This document shows positions 48,801 through 56,284 of a DNA stretch of 64,000 nt, piece by piece. The notes under the pieces are model-generated. The model did no database searches and was not told the origin of the DNA. It worked only from the letters and a program-made list of their open reading frames with translations. The DNA comes from Saprospiraceae bacterium (GTDB lineage Bacteria; Bacteroidota; Bacteroidia; Chitinophagales; Saprospiraceae), in assembly GCA_043772905.1 (NCBI GenBank), contig JAYVFS010000301.1, positions 2,522-66,521 on the forward strand, read 5' to 3'. Position numbers and translations under genes: made by a program. Numbering within the stretch: the stretch's first letter is position 1; every line of letters begins with the position of its first letter.

Positions 48801-51514
48801 CGTGGGACGAAGGCGATCAGCAAGCGGGTTTGAGCCGCAACAATGCCGCGATGTTGAGTTTTAATACCTCAAAAGACAATTACGCAGTCGGCGAAATGGT
48901 GGAGTTGAACATTCCGACACCTGAAAACGGCAAGGCATTGATTTCGATTGAAAACGGCACAAAAGTCCTTGAATCAAAGTGGATTAACACCAAAAACGGC
49001 ATGACGACGTATAGTTTTAAAGCTACGGCTGCTATGTCGCCGACGGTTTATGCCTTCGTAACGCTCATTCAGCCACATAATAATACAAAAAACGACTTGC
49101 CGATACGTATGTATGGCGTGTCTGCGGTCAATATCGAAGACCCAAAAACACGGCTTGAACCCATCGTAAAAATGCCTGCTGATATCAAACCAGAAGAAAA
49201 AGTGACGGTGGAAGTGCGTGAGAAAAATGGTCGCCCAATGGCTTACACCATTGCTTTAGTGGACGAAGGTTTGCTCGATTTGACCCGTTTTGAAACGCCG
49301 AATCCGTGGAAAACATTCTACGCACGCGAGGCTTTGGGTGTTCAAACTTTTGATGTTTATGACCAAGTGTTGGGGGCGTATGGCGGTCAATTAGAACGCA
49401 TTTTGAGCATCGGTGGTGACAAAGCGGGCAGACCTAAAAATGCGCAACGAGCCAACCGTTTCAAGCCCGTCGTCATGTCTTATGGACCTTTTTATTCATC
49501 GGGTTATACTAAAAAACATGAGATTTTGATACCGAATTATGTCGGTTCTGTACGTGCAATGGTTGTTGCAACCGATGGTGCAGCCGCTTATGGTGCTGGT
49601 GAAGCAACGGCAACAGTGACGAAACCTTTGATGGTTTTAGCTACTTTACCTCGTGTATTGACGCAAAAAGAGTATCTAAAACTGCCTGTTGATGTTTTTG
49701 TAAACGATGTAAAAGTTAAAAATGCAACGATTACGGTAACAGAATCAACAGGTTTGGTGCAGATTGTTGGTTCAAAATCAAAATCTGTTTCTTTCGATAA
49801 ACCAACGGATAAAATGGTGGATTTTGACCTACAAGTGCTTGAAAAAGTAGGCGTGGCGAAGTTCAAAATCATTGCAGAAGGCGGCGGTGAACGCTCCACT
49901 TCTGAAATAGAAATTGATGTGCGGAATCCAAATCCTGTTGTCACCAATATTCAACAAAACGTGGTGCAAGCGGGTCAAAGCATTCAAATGCCTTATAATG
50001 GTATCGGCACTTTGGGTACAAATGCTGCAACTTTGGAGGTTTCGACGATTCCGCCGATAGATTTAGCGGCTCGTTTGGCGTACCTGTTGCAATATCCTTA
50101 TGGTTGCGTGGAACAGACGACGAGTGCGGCGTTCCCGCAATTATATGTGGACAAATTGATGGATATTGATGATGCGAAGCAAAAAATCGCTTCTGCCAAT
50201 ATCCGTGCAGCGATTGACCGTTTGCGTATGTTCCAAACGGCAGACGGTGGTTTTGGCTACTGGCAAGGCGAGGATTTTGCGGACTCATGGGCAACGAGTT
50301 ATGTCGGGCACTTTTTGTTAGAAGCCAAAGCCGCAGGTTATGCTTTGCCGCCAAATATGATTGAGCGTTGGATAAAAGCGCAACAAATGGCAGCAAAACG
50401 TTGGTCAGCAACGCCTACACCTACGCCAAATGCCCCAAATACTGAGGGGGGCGGTTGGAACGAAGACAGCCGTGATTTGACACAAGCCTATCGCCTTTAC
50501 ACGCTGGCAGTCGCTCGTTCTCCCGAATCGGCTTCGATGAATGCTTTGCGGGAAAAGAAAAATCTTTCTTTACAAGCAAAATGGCGTTTGGCAGCTGCTT
50601 ATGCAACGGCTGGCAAGCCCGAAGTTGCGAAACAATTGATTGCAAATTTAGGTACATCGTTCAATAAATATCGTGAATTGGGCAACACTTATGGCTCTGA
50701 ATTGCGTGACCAAGCGATGGTTTTAGAGACTTTGGTCTTAACCCAAAACCCAAATCAAGCGATTCAAGTGGCGCGTGAAGTCGCTCAAAAACTAAGTTCA
50801 GGCGATTGGTACGGCACGCAATCCGTTGCCTATGGTTTGTTGGCAATGTCGAAATTTGCAATGGGAAATGGTGCAAGTAATTCATTCTCATTCAGTTATG
50901 ATGTCAATGGCAAAACAGGTAATTTCAAAACGGACAAATCTATTGCCCTCATTGACTTACCTCCAAATGGTTCAAATAAATTGACGATTCGGAACACGTC
51001 TAAAACGCAGCTTTTTGTACGCCTTATACTGAGGGGTCAACAATCAGTCGGTTCAACACAACCTGTGGCGGCTTCAAATCTGAATATGAATGTCATATAT
51101 CGGAATTTGCGTGGTGAGCCACTTAATCCTCAAAGTATCAAACAAGGCACTGATTTTATTGCTGAAATAACCGTCGGAAACCCAGGCAGTTTGGGCAAAG
51201 CGTATAAAGAAATGGCTTTGTCACAGGTCTTTCCATCGGGTTGGGAAATCCTCAATCCTCGTATGGATAGGGTGCAAGGTTGGACAAATACAAGCGTTCC
51301 ACGTTATCAAGACATCAGAGACGACCGTGTAAACACGTTTTTTGACCTTGCTGTTGGCAAAACGCACACCTATCGGATTCAACTTAACGCCGCTTATGCA
51401 GGTCATTTTTGGCTGCCGACGCAGTTGTGCGAAGCGATGTATGACAACTCAATTTCGGCAAAACAAACGGGCATGTGGGTTGATGTAGTTGCGGGGGAGA
51501 AGCGGGCGATGTGA
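45863..51514 (+). CDS. Bacterial alpha-2-macroglobulin family lipoprotein with intact thioester motif
   Basis: 1883 aa. Lipobox LSFAAC. Collinear with YfhM-type A2M proteins. The thioester CVEQ (YPYGCVEQTTS) is encoded at 50105-50116. Confidence 0.9.
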   Translation: MMKTRLILLRFCLLGTIALSFAACKQNLTAKKMTKSMAAYIYAYTSGTIGREQPVRVRFTSQIVSPDDVGKSVDGGLFQLNPSVQGNAVWEDPQTIRFTPTAAFASGQTYIASVRLKRIFKNVPTDAEEFQFDFHTRELYFEVVTDGIQPESNNDMSRQELIGELNTSDHADDKNVESVLQAQQNGKALKINWIHSPDGQHHAFRVKEVMRGATASKVALTWSGSSLGVSQKGESEVVIPALGEFVAMNTRLVQDAEQYIKINFSDPLSTTGDVNGLIKINDWFGNLRTAIDGNSILVYPSDRITGEHALYVDGGIANFQGKKMGQSASFMLTFSDVKPQVRLVGRGVIMPSSDGLNFPFEAINLNFVDVEIVKIFNNNILQFLQTNDFEGDNELERVGRIIMQKRVTLKDLNPSASTMKWTRYGIDLAELVKKDPNAIYQVRIGFRHNYTNYTCTGSDIKDDLNGMTMMHEPTDFTDTEENGYWEDKSIWRYDWNGGDATGEYNYQERQNPCTPYYYNNDHFVRRNVFASDLGIIAKKGADNSIFVAVSDLKSTYPRGSVKLEVFDYQQQPLASAMTNSDGVAVLSDIKGKPWVVVATVGDQKGYLPLSNQNALNLSRFDVAGAEMQKGLKGFLYGERGVWRPGDSLHLNFMLEDKDNKLPDDYPITLELYDPKGVMQLRQTTVENVKNIYPFRIATRPDAPTGTWRADIKAGGATFTQPIKIETVKPNRLKIKLDFDKKEIAAGEENVSGTLQVNWLMGTPARNVKTRIEASMTSIKTEFPKYKDFIFDDPLRKFKSEPTVIYDNNVDDNGAAKVYANLPKAQGAAGKMRIGFKIRAFEPSGDFSSDYQTLDYSPYKTYVGVAVPKNKMGEKRFDIGKKNIITVAMVDKSGFPLRNRLVDVSVYRVEWRWWWETGTDDAAQFTSGKDMKAVVQQKVTTDGNGMAEVAVTPDRWGRYFVHAGDPLSSHYSGDYFYSGYPWDEGDQQAGLSRNNAAMLSFNTSKDNYAVGEMVELNIPTPENGKALISIENGTKVLESKWINTKNGMTTYSFKATAAMSPTVYAFVTLIQPHNNTKNDLPIRMYGVSAVNIEDPKTRLEPIVKMPADIKPEEKVTVEVREKNGRPMAYTIALVDEGLLDLTRFETPNPWKTFYAREALGVQTFDVYDQVLGAYGGQLERILSIGGDKAGRPKNAQRANRFKPVVMSYGPFYSSGYTKKHEILIPNYVGSVRAMVVATDGAAAYGAGEATATVTKPLMVLATLPRVLTQKEYLKLPVDVFVNDVKVKNATITVTESTGLVQIVGSKSKSVSFDKPTDKMVDFDLQVLEKVGVAKFKIIAEGGGERSTSEIEIDVRNPNPVVTNIQQNVVQAGQSIQMPYNGIGTLGTNAATLEVSTIPPIDLAARLAYLLQYPYGCVEQTTSAAFPQLYVDKLMDIDDAKQKIASANIRAAIDRLRMFQTADGGFGYWQGEDFADSWATSYVGHFLLEAKAAGYALPPNMIERWIKAQQMAAKRWSATPTPTPNAPNTEGGGWNEDSRDLTQAYRLYTLAVARSPESASMNALREKKNLSLQAKWRLAAAYATAGKPEVAKQLIANLGTSFNKYRELGNTYGSELRDQAMVLETLVLTQNPNQAIQVAREVAQKLSSGDWYGTQSVAYGLLAMSKFAMGNGASNSFSFSYDVNGKTGNFKTDKSIALIDLPPNGSNKLTIRNTSKTQLFVRLILRGQQSVGSTQPVAASNLNMNVIYRNLRGEPLNPQSIKQGTDFIAEITVGNPGSLGKAYKEMALSQVFPSGWEILNPRMDRVQGWTNTSVPRYQDIRDDRVNTFFDLAVGKTHTYRIQLNAAYAGHFWLPTQLCEAMYDNSISAKQTGMWVDVVAGEKRAM

Positions 51515-51531
51515 TGAATGCCCCGCAGTAA

Positions 51532-51564
51532 AAAACGGCTATCATCTATGACGATAGCCGTTTT
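51532..51564 (+). terminator. Intrinsic terminator with AAAACGGCTATC stem
   Basis: AAAACGGCTATC / GATAGCCGTTTT then T, 18 nt after the A2M stop. Confidence 0.75.
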
Positions 51565-51636
51565 TAATTTCCCAAAAAGAGTGTATTTTTGTAATAAAAT
51601 TGAAAACTTAAAAGGAAATAGAAAAACAAACCGACT

Positions 51637-52053
51637 ATGGCAAGAGATAAATACCATTATCACGTAAAAGAAGCCTTGATAAAGGATGGTTGGACAATTA
51701 CCGATGACCCATATTATATCATCACACCAGGTCTCAACTATCCTGTTGATTTAGGTGCAGAGAAAATAATTGGGGCAATAAAAGGGAATAAAAAGATAGC
51801 CGTTGAAATCAAAAGTTTTCTCGCAGAAAGTTTGCCCAATGAATTTCATACGGCATTAGGACAGTATCTCGATTATGAAACAGGGATTGAAGACCAAGAA
51901 CCCGATAGAGAAATATTTTTGGCAATACCTGTTAAAATTTGACAGAAAATTCAAAAAATTCCCTTATTGTTGAAAAATTTGAACAAATACACGGTTGATT
52001 TGCTTATTTATGACATAGAAACAAAAACAGTTGTAGAATGGATAAAAAAATAG
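51637..52053 (+). pseudogene. xisH: XisH family protein interrupted by an in-frame TGA at 51940-51942
   Basis: The N-terminal 101 aa (MARDKYHYHVKEALIKDGWTITDDPY ... IAVEIKSF ... EFHTALGQYLDY) is typical XisH. After the TGA the same frame continues for 36 codons (QKIQKIPLLLKNLNKYTVDLLIYDIETKTVVEWIKK). This matches the usual XisH C-terminus and overlaps the xisI ATG. Confidence 0.7.
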
Positions 52054-52379
52054 AAAATTATCAAAACATTATCACAAAGATATTGAAAGACTATGCGGAC
52101 TCATTTAATCAATCACCAAAAAGCATAGAAGCTAAATTGGTCTTTGATTTTGAACGACAATCTTTTCAAGTCTTGAATATAGGCTGGCGCAATGGCGAGT
52201 ATTATTTTTATGTCGTTTTTCATTTAGAAATTAAAAATGGCAAAGTTTGGGTAAATGAAAACCGTACAGATGTTTTAATTGCTCAAATGCTTGTTGAACA
52301 GGGCATTCCGAAAAGCGACATCGTTTTAGGGTTACAGTCGCCTGAAACAAGGGTTTTAAGTGGGTATGCTGTGGCATGA
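52038..52379 (+). CDS. xisI: XisI family protein
   Basis: 113 aa. N-terminal YQNIITKILKDYA and GWRNGEYYFYVVFHLEIKNGKVWV ... D fit the XisI family. Typical overlap with xisH. Confidence 0.85.
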   Translation: MDKKIENYQNIITKILKDYADSFNQSPKSIEAKLVFDFERQSFQVLNIGWRNGEYYFYVVFHLEIKNGKVWVNENRTDVLIAQMLVEQGIPKSDIVLGLQSPETRVLSGYAVA

Positions 52380-52400
52380 CTAATTGAAACCCCACAGTAA

Positions 52401-52434
52401 AAAACGGCTATCGAACATTCTCGATAGCCGTTTT
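52401..52434 (+). terminator. Intrinsic terminator with AAAACGGCTATC stem (second copy)
   Basis: AAAACGGCTATCG / CGATAGCCGTTTT. It sits between xisI (+) and the Dabb gene (-). Confidence 0.75.
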
Positions 52435-52439
52435 GTCTT

Positions 52440-52739
52440 TTATCCTTCCGCATCATAAACAATGACTTTTGACCACAAATGCTTGCATTTATCAACAAAA
52501 GCATGATGAATGGGGTGGACTTGATACACTTCTTCGGCTTCCATATCATCGAAAACGAGTAGCCATGAAACCGAATAAGAACGCTCTATAACCTCTCGAT
52601 TTGTGGCAGCAGGAAAGCCAATATGCACCATTTTGATGCCTTCAATGACTTTTAAAGTTTCTAAACCAGCGACCAATTCGGCTTTGTCGCTTTCACTGTT
52701 TGGGTTGTTTAACCAAAAATAAACGTGGTGAATGAACAT
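52440..52739 (-). CDS. Dabb (stress-responsive alpha/beta barrel) domain protein
   Basis: 99 aa. MFIHHVYFWL ... SWLLVFDDMEAEEVYQVHPIH fits the Dabb pattern. Confidence 0.8.
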   Translation of the reverse strand: MFIHHVYFWLNNPNSESDKAELVAGLETLKVIEGIKMVHIGFPAATNREVIERSYSVSWLLVFDDMEAEEVYQVHPIHHAFVDKCKHLWSKVIVYDAEG

Positions 52740-52976
52740 GATTTTTTTTTAATGATGAATTATGAATGATAAATGATGAATTTTACAGGAATTGAACTAA
52801 AACATTGATTATCAATTTGTTCAATAGTTAAATTCATTAATTGATGTCTCAAAAGTAAGCTAAGTTATTGAATCATAACTATTTTTTGAGACACGAATTT
52901 CACAAATGACACGAATTATAATAAAATTGATTCGTGTCATTTGTGAAATTGGTGTCCACCAACTTTTTACAAAATT

Positions 52977-53004
52977 CACCATTCACCATTCACCATTCAC
53001 CATT
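52977..53004. repeat. Tandem heptamer CACCATT x4
   Basis: Four perfect copies directly upstream of the hisH promoter box. Confidence 0.9.
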
Positions 53005-53012
53005 ACATTACC

Positions 53013-53020
53013 TACTTTTG
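53013..53020 (+). promoter_or_regulatory. -7 promoter box TACTTTTG
   Basis: TAnnTTTG match ending 4 nt before the hisH ATG (53025). Confidence 0.35.
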
Positions 53021-53024
53021 CCGC

Positions 53025-53624
53025 ATGAAAATAGCGATTATCAATTACGATGCGGGCAATATTCGTTCTGTCATTTTTGCCCTTGAGCGGTTGGGCGTTC
53101 ACCCTATTTTGACTTCCGATATCGAGACCATTCAAACGGCTGATAAAGTCATTTTTCCGGGACAAGGTGAGGCGAGTTCTGCCATGCGTAGTCTGCGGGA
53201 ACGGGGTTTAGACAAGGTTATTCCGACTTTAAAACAGCCGTTTTTGGGTGTTTGTGTCGGAATGCAATTGTTGTGCGAACATTCAGAAGAGAATGATACG
53301 CCTTGTTTGGGTGTAATTCCTCAACGTGTCATTCGTTTTCCGAATGTTGATGGTTTTAAAGTGCCACACGTCGGTTGGAATACGATTTCTTGTGCGCAAA
53401 CTGAGGGGGGTATTTTGTCACCTAATTTTGACGATGATTATTTCTATTTTGTCCACAGCTACTACGTCGAAAAAGGGATTTATACAACGGCTACGTGTGA
53501 TTACGGTGTGCCTTTCGCGGCGTGTTTGCGGAAAGATAATTTTCATGCAGCGCAATTTCACCCTGAAAAATCGAGCACGGCAGGCGAACAATTATTGAAG
53601 AATTTTTTAGAGTTGACTGATTAG
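53025..53624 (+). CDS. hisH: Imidazole glycerol phosphate synthase, glutamine amidotransferase subunit
   Basis: 199 aa. IAIINYDAGNIRSV, nucleophile GVCVGMQLL, and FHPEKS containing the catalytic His/Glu. Confidence 0.95.
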   Translation: MKIAIINYDAGNIRSVIFALERLGVHPILTSDIETIQTADKVIFPGQGEASSAMRSLRERGLDKVIPTLKQPFLGVCVGMQLLCEHSEENDTPCLGVIPQRVIRFPNVDGFKVPHVGWNTISCAQTEGGILSPNFDDDYFYFVHSYYVEKGIYTTATCDYGVPFAACLRKDNFHAAQFHPEKSSTAGEQLLKNFLELTD

Positions 53625-53655
53625 TCACCAAATTTTATTTAAAAATGAATATTTT

Positions 53656-53856
53656 GTTAAGAATAAAATTCTGAAAACAATAAAGTAAAAAATATTTATT
53701 AAGAATAAAATTTGGTATTAAAAATTGAAAAGTTTAATGAAAACAAACATTAACAAAATTAAATTTAAAAACTTAAATTAAGCTAAGAATAAAATTCTTA
53801 AAATGATATTTGATTAGATATTTATTAAGGATAAAATTTGGTTTTCAAAAATAGAG
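53656..53856. repeat. Two about 75-bp AT-rich direct repeats (period 126 bp) inside the hisH-hisA spacer
   Basis: Unit 1 (53656-53732) and unit 2 (53782-53856) both read TAAGAATAAAATTCTKAAAA...ATATTTATTAAGRATAAAATTTGGT.T..AAAA. Each contains the palindrome AGAAT-AAA-ATTCT. Confidence 0.8.
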
Positions 53857-53863
53857 TTCATTT

Positions 53864-54583
53864 ATGCACATTATTCCAGCAATAGACATCATTGACGGCA
53901 AATGCGTGAGGCTTACGCAAGGCGATTATGCCCAAAAAAAAATATATAACGAAGACCCGCTTGAAGTGGCGCAAGAATTTGAAGATGCGGGTTTGATGCG
54001 GTTGCATCTCGTTGATTTAGACGGAGCGAAAGCAGGTCAAATTGTCAATCATCGGGTTTTAGAGCGTTTGGCAACGAAAACTAAATTGCACATTGACTTT
54101 GGCGGTGGACTGAAATCTGATAAAGATTTGGCTATCGCTTTTGAATGTGGCGCACAGCAAATTACGGGCGGAACGGTAGCGGTTAAAAATCGTGACATCT
54201 TTTTGAATTGGTTGAATGTCCATAGCTCTGAAAAAATCATTTTAGGTGCAGATGTTAAAAATGAAAAAATTGCCGTTGGCGGTTGGCTCGAAACGAGTGA
54301 TTTGTGGTTGAAAGATTTCCTACGGGATTTTACGGAACAAGGCATTCAATATTGTATTTGTACAGATATTTCAAAAGATGGTTTACTGATGGGCGCATCT
54401 AATGAATTGTATGCCAATGTTTTACGAGATTTCCCAGAATTGAAATTGATTGCTTCGGGTGGTGTGTCCAATATGGACGATTTGTACAAACTCCGTGAAA
54501 TTGGTTGCTTTGGTGCAATTGTAGGCAAAGCAATTTATGAAGGACGCGTGACAGTTAAGGAATTGGAAAAGTTTAATTCGTGA
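53864..54583 (+). CDS. hisA: 1-(5-phosphoribosyl)-5-[(5-phosphoribosylamino)methylideneamino]imidazole-4-carboxamide isomerase
   Basis: 239 aa. [23 protein letters not shown] and [10 protein letters not shown] are HisA blocks. Confidence 0.95.
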   Translation: MHIIPAIDIIDGKCVRLTQGDYAQKKIYNEDPLEVAQEFEDAGLMRLHLVDLDGAKAGQIVNHRVLERLATKTKLHIDFGGGLKSDKDLAIAFECGAQQITGGTVAVKNRDIFLNWLNVHSSEKIILGADVKNEKIAVGGWLETSDLWLKDFLRDFTEQGIQYCICTDISKDGLLMGASNELYANVLRDFPELKLIASGGVSNMDDLYKLREIGCFGAIVGKAIYEGRVTVKELEKFNS

Positions 54584-54590
54584 TTTTTTT

Positions 54591-54702
54591 TGACCACAGA
54601 TGACACTGATGCGACTGATTTTCGCTGATTTTTTTTAGTTCCTTTCTGCGTGAATAAAGAAATCTATGGAAATCAATCGCATCAGTCCAATCAGTGGTCA
54701 AA
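54591..54702. repeat. Imperfect long inverted repeat of the GACCACAGAT..CTGAT family
   Basis: TTGACCACAGATGACACTGATGCGACTGATTTTC pairs with GAAATCAATCGCATCAGTCCAATCAGTGGTCAA. Confidence 0.7.
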
Positions 54703-54804
54703 GACGTTTGGTCGGTAAAAATACTGAGGGGGTCGAAAATAGCGACATTTACGGACTAAAAGGCGTGTAAACTTGTTCTTTATTCTTTTACAAAAACAAA
54801 AAAA

Positions 54805-55935
54805 ATGAAACGGAGAATTATTACGCCACGCTTCGATTGGCAAGCAAAAGTTGAAAATTTGGGCTTCGGTTATCATACCATGGACGGCACATATTGGGAC
54901 GAAAGTGCCTACTATGAGTTTTCGATGTCCGAAATTAATACCATCGAAAAAGCGACGGGCGAATTGTGGGAAATGTGCCTTGAAGCCGTCGAATATGTCA
55001 CTTCAAAGAAAAAATACGACCTTTTTCATATTCCAAAATGGGTTGTGCCTCATATTGAACAGACTTGGAACGATGATGCGCCGTCTATTTATGGGCGTTT
55101 TGATTTTAGTTTCAAGGATGGTGTGCCTAAAATGTTGGAATTTAATGCCGATACACCGACTTCGTTGTTTGAAACGGGCGTTGTGCAGTGGGAATGGTTG
55201 CAAGAGTTATTCCCATATTATGACCAATTCAACTCTGTTCATGAAAAATTGATAGCTTATTGGCAGTATGTGAAGCCTTATTTGCATGAAGGCGTGGTGC
55301 ATTTTTCGGTTGTAAAAGAGTCTCTTGAAGATTTGACGACGGTGGAATATCTGCGTGATACAGCTATTCAAGCGGGTTTGAAAACGAAATTGATTTATAT
55401 TGATGACATTGGATGGGACGAGAAGATGTTTACTTTCAAGGATTTACAAGGGCATAATATGCGTAATATTTTCAAATTGTATCCGTGGGAGTGGTTGATT
55501 TTTGATGAATTTGGGCAACTCATAGTTCAAGACAAAAATAAAGCGCATTGGATGGAACCGTCTTGGAAAATGATTTTGAGCAATAAAGCCATTTTGCCTG
55601 TTTTGTGGGATATGTTTCCAGAATCTGATTGGTTGTTGCCAACGCAATTTGATAATGTTGATATTAGTAATTATGTCAAAAAGCCAATTTTGTCGCGTGA
55701 GGGTGCAAATGTGATGATTGTCAAAAACAATCAATATCAGCAACATACTGAGGGGGAGTACGGCGAAGAGGGTTTTATTTATCAAGAACTCTGCGAATTA
55801 CCTGAATTTGATGGCAATTATGCCCTAATTGGTTCATGGATTGTGGGTCAAGAGCCTGCGGGCATTGGTATCAGAGAGTCGAATAGCCTCATTACAGACA
55901 ACGGCAGCCGCTTCGTTCCACATGTAATTATTTGA
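54805..55935 (+). CDS. Glutathionylspermidine synthase-like ATP-grasp family protein (YgiC/YjfC type)
   Basis: 376 aa. PRFDWQAKVENLGFGYH..DG.YWDESAYYEF ... GRFDF ... LEFNADTP ... ILSNKAILP ... KPILSREGANV are hallmarks of the GspS preATP-grasp family. Confidence 0.85.
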   Translation: MKRRIITPRFDWQAKVENLGFGYHTMDGTYWDESAYYEFSMSEINTIEKATGELWEMCLEAVEYVTSKKKYDLFHIPKWVVPHIEQTWNDDAPSIYGRFDFSFKDGVPKMLEFNADTPTSLFETGVVQWEWLQELFPYYDQFNSVHEKLIAYWQYVKPYLHEGVVHFSVVKESLEDLTTVEYLRDTAIQAGLKTKLIYIDDIGWDEKMFTFKDLQGHNMRNIFKLYPWEWLIFDEFGQLIVQDKNKAHWMEPSWKMILSNKAILPVLWDMFPESDWLLPTQFDNVDISNYVKKPILSREGANVMIVKNNQYQQHTEGEYGEEGFIYQELCELPEFDGNYALIGSWIVGQEPAGIGIRESNSLITDNGSRFVPHVII

Positions 55936-55983
55936 ATTTTTAAAAAAAATATTAAAAACATTTGCTCAAACGAAAATAGGTTC

Positions 55984-55991
55984 TATCTTTG
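55984..55991 (+). promoter_or_regulatory. -7 promoter box TATCTTTG for the tRNA gene
   Basis: TAnnTTTG match 37 nt upstream of tRNA-Gln. Confidence 0.4.
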
Positions 55992-56027
55992 CATCGCTTT
56001 TCGAAGGAAGGGCAAAAAAAGCTCATT

Positions 56028-56098
56028 TTGACCCATGGTGTAACGGTAGCACTACTGATTTTGGTTCAGTTAGTTAAGGTTCGAACCCTTATGGGTCA
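56028..56098 (+). tRNA. tRNA-Gln (anticodon UUG)
   Basis: Manual cloverleaf: acceptor TGACCCA/TGGGTCA, D arm GTGT-AACGGTA-GCAC, anticodon arm ACTGA-TTTTGGT-TCAGT (anticodon TTG), T arm TAAGG-TTCGAAC-CCTTA, discriminator A. No encoded CCA. Confidence 0.85.
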
Positions 56099-56284
56099 AC
56101 GAGGGGTAGTAAGCGTCGGCATTTAGACTTCGGTCGGATGTTGGCGCTTACGTTATTTAGGGCATACCGGTTGCAATGCTTGAATTGAGACGACAAGTAA
56201 TTGATTATCAGTTGCTTATAAAGCAAAGGCGATAAAATTCATTCCTGAATTTTATCGCCTTTGTCATTTAATCTAAATATTTAA

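Noticed and set aside
56099-56165. A second tRNA or structured ncRNA immediately after tRNA-Gln
   Set aside because: Only a single imperfect hairpin (GTAAGCG..CGCTTAC) can be drawn. There is no cloverleaf and no T-loop GTTCRA, so it is most simply a terminator or processing hairpin.
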